Assembly (NCBI GenBank): GCA_038046485.1
Contig: JBBSWA010000002.1
Location: 1-56,661, forward strand
Reading direction: 5' to 3'
DNA from: Nanobdellota archaeon
GTDB lineage: Archaea > Nanobdellota > Nanobdellia > Woesearchaeales > SM23-78
DNA: 56,661 nt
A program made the translations under genes and the position numbers. Below, one piece after another: positions 1-8,555 of the stretch (the stretch's first letter is position 1; each line of letters begins with the position of its first letter). The notes beneath the pieces were generated by a model. It did no database searches and was not told the DNA's origin. It saw only the letters and a list, made by a program, of their open reading frames with translations.

Positions 1-619
1 TCAATGTTTTTTGAATTTGTTCTCGAATGCGTATAATTTCGAATCTGTGTTTTGAGCAGTTTTCATTTAATACGAAAGTGATATGAAATTGGTTTTCCAC
101 TGTTTGGCGTACGGCCTTTCCAGCTTGTTCTGCAATCTCTAGCAAAGCTGCATAAACATTTCCAGGTTCATCATAAGAAACATTGGGGAAATTCTGATTC
201 AAGATGACTTGAAGGCGGTTTTTATTGCGTTCAAGATCCTGTGAGATTCGAAACAGCACTTGTTGATCGTATTGAGTAAGGGCTATAAAAAGTAGCTCTC
301 GTTGAGCTTCTTCTTCTCGTTGCAAATCTCCCATTGCAAGTTTAAAAAGTTGAATCCAGCGTAGAAGTGCTTGAAGTAAAAACTGTCCCGACTCCAGTTC
401 TGCAGGAGCTCTCTGGTAATCCACTAAATTCTTTTTCAGTTCATTCAGAAGTTGTTTACGATTTGCCAGGTTCTCTTCTTTTCTTGCATCCAATGATTTT
501 CGTTCATCATTTAACCGTGTATCGACCCCATCTAGCGCAGTGTTTAATTCATCCCTTGCTGTTTGAGCTCGAGTGGCTAAGTCTGCTGCAAAGGATCCAA
601 GTGCGGGGTGGTCTGCCAT
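1..619 (-). CDS. hypothetical coiled-coil protein, 3' end runs off the window (not in ORF track)
   Basis: Own translation of the - strand: ATG at 619-617 (MADHPALGSFAADLATRAQTARDELN...) stays open to position 2. It starts 10 nt downstream of the stop of 629..2293. Helical, charged, Q-rich; no family recognised. Confidence 0.5.
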   Translation of the reverse strand, partial: MADHPALGSFAADLATRAQTARDELNTALDGVDTRLNDERKSLDARKEENLANRKQLLNELKKNLVDYQRAPAELESGQFLLQALLRWIQLFKLAMGDLQREEEAQRELLFIALTQYDQQVLFRISQDLERNKNRLQVILNQNFPNVSYDEPGNVYAALLEIAEQAGKAVRQTVENQFHITFVLNENCSKHRFEIIRIREQIQKTL

Positions 620-628
620 GGGATAACC

Positions 629-2293
629 TTAAGGAGTGGCTCGGATCTGGCCGATGAGGGTTTGAGCATTGATGATGGCTTCTGAGGCTTGATAGGACAG
701 GTCTCGGATCCTACTTTCTCTTTGCATAAGCCTCGCTGCTTGTGTTTGAAGCGCACCGGCGAGTCTAGTGGCATTTTGCATGGAGCCTGTATTAATGGCG
801 TCGTTCAGCGCCGTTACTTCTCGGCTGAATCCTTGTGCTTCAGCCATCATGGTAGCATTTTCTTGTTCAGCTTGGGTTCGTAGAGTAGTCGCTACAGTTT
901 CCAATTGTTGTAATTCCTGCGCTTGCCGACCTCTGGGAGCCCTTCTGCCGAGAGTTCGAGCCAATTGGAGTCCTCTGATCTCAGAATCGTATTGCGTAAG
1001 CTCAGTCATAAGACTATTTACTGCGGCAGAAAACTGTTGTAAATTACTAATCTCTGTTGCTAGTGGAGAGATTAAATTCATCGCCGTTCGCGTGTCTGTC
1101 ACTCCCCCGGCAATTCCAAGGGCGCGGTTGATCTGATTCACTTTATCTACAACAGTGCCAGCTGTGTTCAGTGAGGCATTGACATGAGTTACTAATTGAT
1201 TAAAACTCCGGGTCTCTAAAAGAAGCAATCGCTGCTGTGCATCCAATTGTCGTTGAACTGTTGCTTGATCTTGTTGTTGCCGCAAAAGATTGGTTTGCGT
1301 GGTAGCTTGCATTTCGAGCATTCGTTGTCTTTGTTGTTCAATTTGGTCCGTAACACGTGCTTGTTCAAGGCGAACGCGTTCATTGTCCCAGTTTTGTGTG
1401 CGGGCTTCTTGTGCAATGGCTGCATTGGCTGTCCTAGTGGCCGTATCAATGCGTTCCTGAATAGTTTGATCGAACGTTTCTTGATTTTGGTTGATACGTG
1501 CTTGTCTTTCATCTCGAGTTAAGTGCTGATTGTCAGCGTCCGCATTGATCTGGTTGATTCTGCGTGTGTTTTCATGTTGGAGTTGAACAAGTCCTTGAGC
1601 GGATTGGTTTACAATAGCAGCTACTTGTGCATTTTGTTGTGTGGTTTCCGCAGCAAGACGATTGGTTTCTCGGCCTCGAATGGCTCCACCTGTGTTGTGG
1701 AAATCGGCTTGCATGCCTTCTCGTGCAACCACCGCAGCAGCTTCAGCCGTGGCGCGGTCTCCAGTTGCAGTCGCTTGAACGCTTCGTAGTCCGGCTTCGG
1801 CTCTGCGTGCCGTTTGTTCAGTTACGTTCGCATTGTGTTCAGCTTGACGCTGTCCTCGGTTGAGGATAAGCTCCCAAATGACGAAGACAATAAGTATGAG
1901 TAAGGCGACTACAGCAAGGATAGTAAGTGCGCCTTCACCAAGATCCGCAAGTAAATCTAGGTAACCTGGGGTGACTAAGCCTAGAATACCTAGGCCGATG
2001 CTAAATATGATACGTGCTGAACGGTTTCCTTCTTCTTTGAAAAAAGGAAGATAGTGGGATGCAGCGTAGACAATGCCGAATACGATACCAAAGGCACCGA
2101 AGACGGCAATCCACGCGCCTTTTCCATAGGTATTGGCAAACGTAGAGCTACTAAGGCCAAATATGCCCAAAAGGACTCTGTTCATCGTGTCAGGAAGATC
2201 AGCAGAAACAGGTTGAGCTAAAGCCATTAAGGATAAAATAGAAAATGGGAGGAAGCGTTCGATCTTTATTCTCATTAAGCCGCACCTTTTCAT
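629..2293 (-). CDS. membrane-anchored long coiled-coil protein (hypothetical)
   Basis: 554-aa ORF. The N-terminal ~150 aa hold several hydrophobic segments (ILSLMALAQPVSA, AWIAVFGAFGIVFGIVYA, IIFSIGLGILGLV, ILAVVALLILIVFVIW). The remaining ~400 aa are Q/A/T/R/N-rich helical sequence. TTTAAATA lies ~25 nt upstream of the ATG. Confidence 0.6.
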   Translation of the reverse strand: MKRCGLMRIKIERFLPFSILSLMALAQPVSADLPDTMNRVLLGIFGLSSSTFANTYGKGAWIAVFGAFGIVFGIVYAASHYLPFFKEEGNRSARIIFSIGLGILGLVTPGYLDLLADLGEGALTILAVVALLILIVFVIWELILNRGQRQAEHNANVTEQTARRAEAGLRSVQATATGDRATAEAAAVVAREGMQADFHNTGGAIRGRETNRLAAETTQQNAQVAAIVNQSAQGLVQLQHENTRRINQINADADNQHLTRDERQARINQNQETFDQTIQERIDTATRTANAAIAQEARTQNWDNERVRLEQARVTDQIEQQRQRMLEMQATTQTNLLRQQQDQATVQRQLDAQQRLLLLETRSFNQLVTHVNASLNTAGTVVDKVNQINRALGIAGGVTDTRTAMNLISPLATEISNLQQFSAAVNSLMTELTQYDSEIRGLQLARTLGRRAPRGRQAQELQQLETVATTLRTQAEQENATMMAEAQGFSREVTALNDAINTGSMQNATRLAGALQTQAARLMQRESRIRDLSYQASEAIINAQTLIGQIRATP

Positions 2294-2319
2294 CTCAATC
2301 CCCGCTTGCCTACTATTTA

Positions 2320-2347
2320 AAGGTTTCTATGGGTGTCGAGGAGAAAA
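2320..2347 (+). repeat. 28-nt direct repeat, copy 1 (AAGGTTTCTATGGGTGTCGAGGAGAAAA)
   Basis: Matches 2837..2864 at 27 of 28 positions. The two copies bracket ORF 2431..2838. Confidence 0.8.
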
Positions 2348-2430
2348 TAAACTCTTAAGGCAGGTGGCTTTGGGAACAACAGGATATTTTACTACTATTA
2401 AGGGAAAAATTTATAAATTATATCGCATTC

Positions 2431-2838
2431 ATGAGAATCATGGAACCTAAAACGGCAGAGAGGCTTGCAGCGGCGGTGCTCATTTCCGCTACATTAGGTG
2501 GGGCTGCATTAACCTATCACCAGTATCAGGCTAGGGCTTCTGCATCGGGTGCAGGGGAACCGTCAGGTCTTGAAGCTGCAGTGGGTCCTGTCACCTACCA
2601 TGTCTATGATGCTCATAAGGATAGAACAATTTTTGGCTATCACATCACAAATGAACAAGAGGAAAGAGACGGGGGAACACTCTATGCAATTCTGGGAAAT
2701 CAGCTGGGAGAGGTCAAGGCGGAGTGGTTGGTTCTCCCCAATGGGGAAATGCGATATATCGATAACGAACCATTGCCTGGACATAGAGGCGATAAAATTC
2801 CACCGATTCCAGATAATGCAGTAATCATCCCTGATTAA
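2431..2838 (+). CDS. small hypothetical protein with N-terminal hydrophobic anchor
   Basis: 135-aa ORF with N-terminal LAAAVLISATLGGAAL. TTTATAAATTATA lies ~15-25 nt upstream of the ATG. Confidence 0.5.
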   Translation: MRIMEPKTAERLAAAVLISATLGGAALTYHQYQARASASGAGEPSGLEAAVGPVTYHVYDAHKDRTIFGYHITNEQEERDGGTLYAILGNQLGEVKAEWLVLPNGEMRYIDNEPLPGHRGDKIPPIPDNAVIIPD

Positions 2839-2864
2839 GGTTTCTATGGGTCTCGAGGAGAAAA
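2837..2864 (+). repeat. 28-nt direct repeat, copy 2 (AAGGTTTCTATGGGTCTCGAGGAGAAAA)
   Basis: See 2320..2347. Begins inside the stop codon of ORF 2431..2838. Confidence 0.8.
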
Positions 2865-3046
2865 GAATTAATTGAAGGATTGTATAATGTTTTGTACAAC
2901 GGTACAAATTTAGTACGTCTTCACTTTAAGCCCGGGGATGCGTTGGAAGTGTTTAGCATTGCGGGTGACAAAGGTTGTGCAGCCCTTGGCAAGAAGGTTC
3001 ACCTAGAGGGGTTGCATTTATAAATCCCCTTCTTCTCCCAGAAAGC

Positions 3047-4057
3047 ATGGTAAAACCGCTTGATCCGGATTATAATCCATCTGATGAGGATATTTTGGGG
3101 GTCTATACCTCTCCAACGGAAGCATCACGGCCATTCGATGTCAATGACTTAACATTAACGCAGTCTCAGCTAACTGAAATCGCTGCAGAGGCAGCTGGAT
3201 TAATCTTCCCAGATTATGAAGCGGGCATAGATGGGGTTAAGGCCAGGAGCGTAATTCCTATGCTTGCATCTGCAAATAAAAAATCCTCTCATGAGATAGA
3301 AAGAATCGTGCAAAGTGTGGTTGCAAAGGGTGTACGAAAGCAAGTCGATGTGGTAGAAGATGCGGCGGCAGGTTTGCTGAAGGCACTTAAGGAGTGTGAA
3401 GAGGGTCTTGCTCCAGGTTCTACGACGAATTCAGCGTATATTATATCCAAACCCCTTTCAACTCAGCCTGGGGGAGTAACACAGATATTGTATACGACTA
3501 CTCACGAACTCGGAGTGGGATTATCTGTTTATGCAGTATTACAGATCCAGCAGGGAGGGGGGGGTGTTTTGGAAAGGGGAGTATTAAAAATCCAGCACCC
3601 GAGTGGGCAAATGAGCAAGAAAGCAGAACGAGCAGTGGGATTATCAAATACAGTTGCTTCTGCTTGGGCTGGATTAACAGGGCTTTTACGTTCGGATGCA
3701 TCCATAGCTACTAAAGTGCGCGAAACGGAAAAAAGAGGAGTACGGGTCCGTGCAGCTGCAAGTGCATATGCTCAGGCTGAGTTGAGAGATCATGACATGG
3801 CTGTTGTCAAGAGTAAATTTGAAGCGATTGTATATGGTTTACTTCCTGGCGAACCAGATGAGCGTGCCGTGACCCTTCCTGATCTTTTCCTTCTGGCAAC
3901 GAGTTGTGAAGGGATGTATAAGTCCCCAAGTTTTACAGTAACTGAACAACAGAGAGCAATGTGTTTTGTGCGCTATAAAGCAGTGCGTAATCTAGCTAGT
4001 AAAGTAGCCGAGCAACTTGAAGGGGCATTAAGACCAACAGGTTCAGATGAGATTTAG
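3047..4057 (+). CDS. hypothetical protein
   Basis: Track ORF is 2975..4057. I prefer ATG 3047 (MVKPLDPDYN...) because ATTTATAAAT (3016-3025) sits 22 nt upstream. No family recognised. Confidence 0.5.
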   Translation: MVKPLDPDYNPSDEDILGVYTSPTEASRPFDVNDLTLTQSQLTEIAAEAAGLIFPDYEAGIDGVKARSVIPMLASANKKSSHEIERIVQSVVAKGVRKQVDVVEDAAAGLLKALKECEEGLAPGSTTNSAYIISKPLSTQPGGVTQILYTTTHELGVGLSVYAVLQIQQGGGGVLERGVLKIQHPSGQMSKKAERAVGLSNTVASAWAGLTGLLRSDASIATKVRETEKRGVRVRAAASAYAQAELRDHDMAVVKSKFEAIVYGLLPGEPDERAVTLPDLFLLATSCEGMYKSPSFTVTEQQRAMCFVRYKAVRNLASKVAEQLEGALRPTGSDEI

Positions 4058-4069
4058 AAACCTTCTTTC

Positions 4070-4498
4070 TCACTTCGCCAAGAACGGTACGTACTGTTCA
4101 GCGAGGCTCTTCAAGAACCACTCCCATAGATAGGGAGAGACCATAACCAAAGCGCCAATAATTAAGACGTGGAATTTCTTTTCACCGACATTTCCGGCAA
4201 TGGCAGCAGCGCCGGCAATCTTGGCCATGGCAATGAGTCCAATCACAACGCGTACGCCAATTTCAATCCATTGGTTGGTGTGCCATCCAACTAAACTTAA
4301 GGCATAGCCCACGTTCATGCTGATGAAGATGAAGATCAACATGGTGGGAATTGCATGGATGCCGTGACTTAACCAGCCCAGTCCACGTTCGTCGGCGTGT
4401 ACAAAGATGAGTTCAACAATGCTTAAGACAATGCCCACCGCTAAGACAGGCATAAGAACAAATTGAGGTGCTGCGGCTGCAGCAGCAGAGACTGCCAT
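4070..4498 (-). CDS. small integral membrane protein (about 4 TM)
   Basis: 142-aa ORF, almost entirely hydrophobic helices. ATATTTAAAC TATA lies 24-33 nt upstream of the ATG. Confidence 0.6.
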   Translation of the reverse strand: MAVSAAAAAAPQFVLMPVLAVGIVLSIVELIFVHADERGLGWLSHGIHAIPTMLIFIFISMNVGYALSLVGWHTNQWIEIGVRVVIGLIAMAKIAGAAAIAGNVGEKKFHVLIIGALVMVSPYLWEWFLKSLAEQYVPFLAK

Positions 4499-4546
4499 AT
4501 TATTTCTTTCGTGCTAGGCCAATATTTAAACGTTTCTATTTCAAGT

Positions 4547-4677
4547 ATGTGCATAGCATCCTAAGGTTAAAATTCAATCAGTTCTATTTTATTGAAGAGC
4601 GTTGCGAGGGGTTGCTCCCTACGGGAACGCAGCTCCATCTAATATTCAGTCGAGAATTTTAAAGATGCTATGCACAT
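4547..4677 (+). repeat. long-hairpin element, copy 1 (MITE-like or structured-RNA-like)
   Basis: Outer arms ATGTGCATAGCATC / GATGCTATGCACAT, bulge CTAAGG, second helix TTAAAATTC / GAATTTTAA, core GAGGGGTTGCTCCCTACGGGAA. Flanked by the 10-nt direct repeat TCTATTTCAA (4535-4544 and 4678-4687). Confidence 0.8.
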
Positions 4678-4678
4678 T

Positions 4679-5146
4679 CTATTTCAATTGGTTTAGGCCC
4701 ATCCAAATCGTACGGTTGGTTGCAATAGCCTTTTCAAGTTTCTTTTCCAGATCTTGTAGAAAATCCAGGACTTGTTGGTCGCTTCCTAAATTAGGTTGGG
4801 TCATTTCTTGGCTTACGTCAGCTAAGGCAGTTTTCTGAGTATCCAATAAATTCATCAACGTGTTCAGAGGAGCCATAATATTGTTTAATTGAGTGCGAAT
4901 GCCTTCTTCTCGGGTTGCAAGACTCGCTACCATTCCTCCTTGCACAGGGAGTGCTTGGGTTATGTGCGCCTTAACAACGTTTTTTTCGTTATCATGTTGT
5001 TGTATAGCACCTTGAGGGGAACCAGGTGGAGGTGCTCTCCCTAGAACATTCGCAAATTGACTTCTTAAGCTGTTTACTTGGTTTTGGACACGAGTCATCT
5101 CTGTAATCAGTTTAGATTTCTCAACACTTAATTCTCCAATACGCAT
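4679..5146 (-). CDS. hypothetical coiled-coil protein
   Basis: 155-aa ORF with helical heptad-like sequence. TATA (RC GTTTAAATAAAT, 5166-5177) lies ~20-30 nt upstream of the ATG. Confidence 0.55.
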   Translation of the reverse strand: MRIGELSVEKSKLITEMTRVQNQVNSLRSQFANVLGRAPPPGSPQGAIQQHDNEKNVVKAHITQALPVQGGMVASLATREEGIRTQLNNIMAPLNTLMNLLDTQKTALADVSQEMTQPNLGSDQQVLDFLQDLEKKLEKAIATNRTIWMGLNQLK

Positions 5147-5264
5147 TTTTGTTTATTCACATCCCATTTATTTAAACTTGTCGTTTCACAGTATAGAATC
5201 AGGGTATAGAATAGAGTCTTACCGATAGAATAATTTAAATAGTGTGCATACAGGGGTGAAGGGT

Positions 5265-7091
5265 ATGGCAAGTTGGTTGAGCACAGCAGGTACCTTTGAT
5301 GCTTCAGGTCCTCTAGTGACTCTAATTCCAGCTGCATACCGTGCGGATGTAACGCTTTTCTTATGGGGTGGTTTGATTTTAGTCTTGCTCTCGGCTTATT
5401 TCAGTGTGCGTAAGATTGAGGAGAATTTAACCCGAGTAATGGGGTTGTACCTCTTCATAGGTTTGTTCTCGTATGCTCTAACTGGGCATCTATCGACAAC
5501 AATCTTTTTTGGAGGGATCATCGTAGTGATGCACTTCTTGAGTCGCTTGCGTGCTCGTCGTCAAGAGTTCGGCTCTGGCGAAGAGCAAGCACTGGCAGAT
5601 CGAGGAGCGGGAAGTCCGAAGGCAAGACAAAATATAGAAAGAGTAGTTCGGGTGGAGGAAGGGCTAGCTCAAGATCCAATTCCAGAAGTGGCTGCAATGG
5701 GTTTGGAAGGAGCGCGTGAAGCTGAGGAGGCGGAGGCAGAGTTATCAGTTGAGGGAGGCGCTGTTGTTCTTCCGGAAGCAGAGTTGGAATTGCTCGATCT
5801 GGGTCTAAAGGATGAGGTAAAAGTCATAGCGCATGAAGAACGTTTGAAGCAAATCGCCTCCGCAATAGCTGGGCTGCAGGAGCTTCCACAGACCGTGCAG
5901 GCTTCTATGGATCTTACGTTGGAGTTTCTTCATGAATTAGTCTTGGCGAGTGAAGGGGTTGTTGAATCTGAAAAAAGTGCAGATCAGGATCGATTAAGGG
6001 TAATATCAAAGATGGAAAAAGTGTTAGGGGCGCTGAAAAAAGCAGCTAGGCGAGCGCAAGCGTTCAAGAAGGAAGAGCAAGCCATTGAAGGTAAATTGGG
6101 GAAGTTGGGAAGTAAGAAGATTAGGGAGGTTTCTGAAGAGATAACAAAGAAAGAAAAGCGCTTGGATGCGTTAAAAGAAGATAAATCAGCCGGGCAAGAG
6201 TTGATCATCTCGTTGAGGCAAGAAATCAAAAGCTTTGGGGAGGGTTACGAGTCTCTTCAGAGAGCAGAAAGGGTTTTGTCTGGATTAAGGACGCAGTTGG
6301 GAAATTACTTGACCCAGACGAAAGAGCAGTTGGGTAAGATTGCGTCAACAGTAAATAACATAGGTTCAGTAGAAAAAACCCTGGGAGGGTTTGAAGCGCG
6401 GCAAGGTACGTTAAAGGAAAAATTAGCTAAGGAGCAGGGTAAGTTTGCAAGTGTAGTAGTGGACTTGGGCCATGATAAGTTGGAGGGCTTTTTGCAGCAA
6501 GTGGATGAGTTGGTTGTGCGCTCTAAAGAAGGCATGTCTAGCTTCTTTGATGCTTGGGTAGAATCCAAGAAGGCGTTGTTTACGCTCTGCATAAACCTGA
6601 AAAGTTTTTTGGAGCAGGTAACGGCTTTAGCGGCAGAAACGCATGGTTTAGAGTCGCTTTCTGCAGCGAGCGCAAAATTGCAGGATCAAGTGACAGAAGG
6701 CTTTGCTCAATTAGAGGGTTTAGCAGAGAAGCTGTTGGGTAATAATCCTGTGGTTGAAGCGGAGTTAGAGCAGATTACTCGCTTGTCCAAGCAAACAGAA
6801 GCACAGCTTTTGCAAGGGGTGGAAGTGGAAAACAACATGTTCGAGCGTACAATGAGCGAAGTGGAGCTAACACAAAAGCAGATCAACGCATTTCAAAAAG
6901 GGGTAGAAGAAGAGCTGCAAAGTTTGGAGCAAACAAAAAATCTGACGTTTAGCAGTTTGGACAAAATCATAAAGTTGGTCGCTGTAAAAACAGAGGAACT
7001 CAGCAGCGAGGTAACGCGCAGTGCAGCAGAATTATCAAGCGAAATGGCTTCTACTGCAGCAGAAGTGGGCGAAGCAAAAAAGGTGGCGTGA
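5265..7091 (+). CDS. membrane-anchored long coiled-coil protein (hypothetical)
   Basis: Track ORF starts 5244. ATG 5265 (MASWLSTAG...) lies ~25 nt after AATAATTTAAATAG. N-terminal hydrophobic segments are followed by ~480 aa of E/K/L/Q-rich helical sequence. Confidence 0.6.
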   Translation: MASWLSTAGTFDASGPLVTLIPAAYRADVTLFLWGGLILVLLSAYFSVRKIEENLTRVMGLYLFIGLFSYALTGHLSTTIFFGGIIVVMHFLSRLRARRQEFGSGEEQALADRGAGSPKARQNIERVVRVEEGLAQDPIPEVAAMGLEGAREAEEAEAELSVEGGAVVLPEAELELLDLGLKDEVKVIAHEERLKQIASAIAGLQELPQTVQASMDLTLEFLHELVLASEGVVESEKSADQDRLRVISKMEKVLGALKKAARRAQAFKKEEQAIEGKLGKLGSKKIREVSEEITKKEKRLDALKEDKSAGQELIISLRQEIKSFGEGYESLQRAERVLSGLRTQLGNYLTQTKEQLGKIASTVNNIGSVEKTLGGFEARQGTLKEKLAKEQGKFASVVVDLGHDKLEGFLQQVDELVVRSKEGMSSFFDAWVESKKALFTLCINLKSFLEQVTALAAETHGLESLSAASAKLQDQVTEGFAQLEGLAEKLLGNNPVVEAELEQITRLSKQTEAQLLQGVEVENNMFERTMSEVELTQKQINAFQKGVEEELQSLEQTKNLTFSSLDKIIKLVAVKTEELSSEVTRSAAELSSEMASTAAEVGEAKKVA

Positions 7092-7095
7092 TTCT

Positions 7096-8001
7096 ATGAA
7101 GTCAAAGCATCATAGTAAGGGTGTGATTTATGTCATAATTTCAACGCTTATGTTTGCGAGTTATGGTGTCTGGTCAAGATTTTTGGGGGATCTGGGGTTT
7201 GGAATCTTTTTTCAGGGATGGACGAGAGCTCTTCTTATGATTGCCATATTACTGCCTGTTCTGATCAAGCGCAAAGAACTGATTGTGATTGCAAAAAGGG
7301 ATTGGAAGTGGTTAGTTGTTTTCTTGGTGTTTACTTCCGGTACTCAAGTTCCTCTTTACTATGCATTCAACCATATGGATATTGGGACGACGTCATTGTT
7401 GTTTTTCGTCACGATGTTAATTACGATGTATGTGGTGGGTGTTATTTTCCTTAATGAAAAAATGAGCTGGGTCAAAGGAATTGCGTTTCTCTTGGCGTGT
7501 TTCGGCCTCTATTTTGTATTTTCCTTCTCTATGACGAAGTTCGCGTTGCTTGCTGCTCTAGCAGCAGTGCTCAACGGCGTTGCTAGTGGTGGAGAAGTGT
7601 CGTTTTCTAAAAAACTATCAGGAAGTTATTCTCCGTTGTATCTGGTTATATTAAGCCAAGCCATAATTGCCATCACGCATTTTCCATTTTCTCATTTATT
7701 CCAAGAGGTTCAATATGTGCCTGAGTTCAACATGACGTGGCTGTACATGGTTGCCTATGCCATTGCCGGCGTTCTTGGTTTTGGTTTGCTCATTGCTGGG
7801 CTGAAGTATCTGGAATCAAGTGTCGGCGGTTTGCTAGGATTGCTGGAGATCGTGTTCAGTGTCAGTTTCGGGATTCTGTTTTTCAGTGAGTTGCTCACGC
7901 TTCGCATAATCATCGGTGGTCTGATTATTATGTTAGCTGCTGCTTTACCACATATAGTTGAATTCCGTTTTGTAGAAAAATGGTTAAAAACACTAACCTA
8001 G
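7096..8001 (+). CDS. EamA/DMT-family transporter
   Basis: About 10 hydrophobic helices in two halves, typical of the drug/metabolite transporter fold. Start moved to ATG 7096 (MKSKHHSKG), just after the stop of the upstream gene. Confidence 0.65.
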   Translation: MKSKHHSKGVIYVIISTLMFASYGVWSRFLGDLGFGIFFQGWTRALLMIAILLPVLIKRKELIVIAKRDWKWLVVFLVFTSGTQVPLYYAFNHMDIGTTSLLFFVTMLITMYVVGVIFLNEKMSWVKGIAFLLACFGLYFVFSFSMTKFALLAALAAVLNGVASGGEVSFSKKLSGSYSPLYLVILSQAIIAITHFPFSHLFQEVQYVPEFNMTWLYMVAYAIAGVLGFGLLIAGLKYLESSVGGLLGLLEIVFSVSFGILFFSELLTLRIIIGGLIIMLAAALPHIVEFRFVEKWLKTLT

Positions 8002-8003
8002 AA

Positions 8004-8258
8004 TCACTCAATCTTTACTTTCTTTCCAAAGGCTTGTCCGGGCATGCCGGTTTCGAAGATGACACGTAAGGCGCCTTTGTTGCCGTGAGCGGAGGCAATC
8101 TTTCCAATCATGTCCTTTTTGCCTGTGTTATAGACCACTTTCTTACCCACGAGTTTCATGGCGTCCGCCCGCTTGGTCAAGCTATCGACTAGAACGATCA
8201 TTTGGTTCTCCGAACAGGTATGTCGGTTTCGGCAAAAGTTGTTGATGACGCCTTCCAT
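8004..8258 (-). CDS. rpl35ae: 50S ribosomal protein L35Ae (eL33)
   Basis: 84 aa. The C-terminal GKIASAHGNKGALRVIFETGMPGQAFGKKVKI matches the conserved L35Ae core (GKI..HG..G.VRA.F..GLPGQA.G). Confidence 0.85.
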   Translation of the reverse strand: MEGVINNFCRNRHTCSENQMIVLVDSLTKRADAMKLVGKKVVYNTGKKDMIGKIASAHGNKGALRVIFETGMPGQAFGKKVKIE

Positions 8259-8342
8259 AGAGAGTTCAGAGCTCTGGTTTATTTATAAAGCTTACGTCCT
8301 TCATTCGAAAAGTTTATATACATATACATATATACTAACAAA

Positions 8343-8555
8343 ATGGCTAAGCTCATCAATGTTTCCGACGATGTGTACAACACGTTGAAGGGTCTTAAAG
8401 GTAAGGAGAGTTATTCGGTAGTAATTAGACAACTTTTGCAGGGCCATTCAAACAAAGAAAAAGTATTGTCTTTTTTCGGCCGGGGTGGAGTGGATGCCAA
8501 AGCAGTAGCTGAACTTAAAGAAGGCTGGAAGAAATGGTCCGAAAAATATGTTTAG
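8343..8555 (+). CDS. VapB-like antitoxin
   Basis: 70-aa ORF overlapping the start of the downstream PIN gene by 22 nt. N-terminal MAKLINVSDDVYNTLKGLKG resembles archaeal PIN-associated antitoxins. Confidence 0.65.
   Translation: MAKLINVSDDVYNTLKGLKGKESYSVVIRQLLQGHSNKEKVLSFFGRGGVDAKAVAELKEGWKKWSEKYV

Noticed and set aside
768-1863. Several 78-122 aa + strand ORFs inside 629..2293 (768..1136, 1247..1522, 1523..1789, 1627..1863), and similar antisense ORFs inside nrdJ, pgk, secD and the HerA gene
   Set aside because: They lie antisense to long ORFs that have coherent protein features or clear homology. Their products are Cys/Ser/Leu-rich, as is typical of non-coding frames.
7021-7095. First 25 codons of track ORF 7021..8001
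   Set aside because: They overlap the 3' end of 5265..7091 in another frame. The transporter plausibly starts at ATG 7096, right after that gene's stop.
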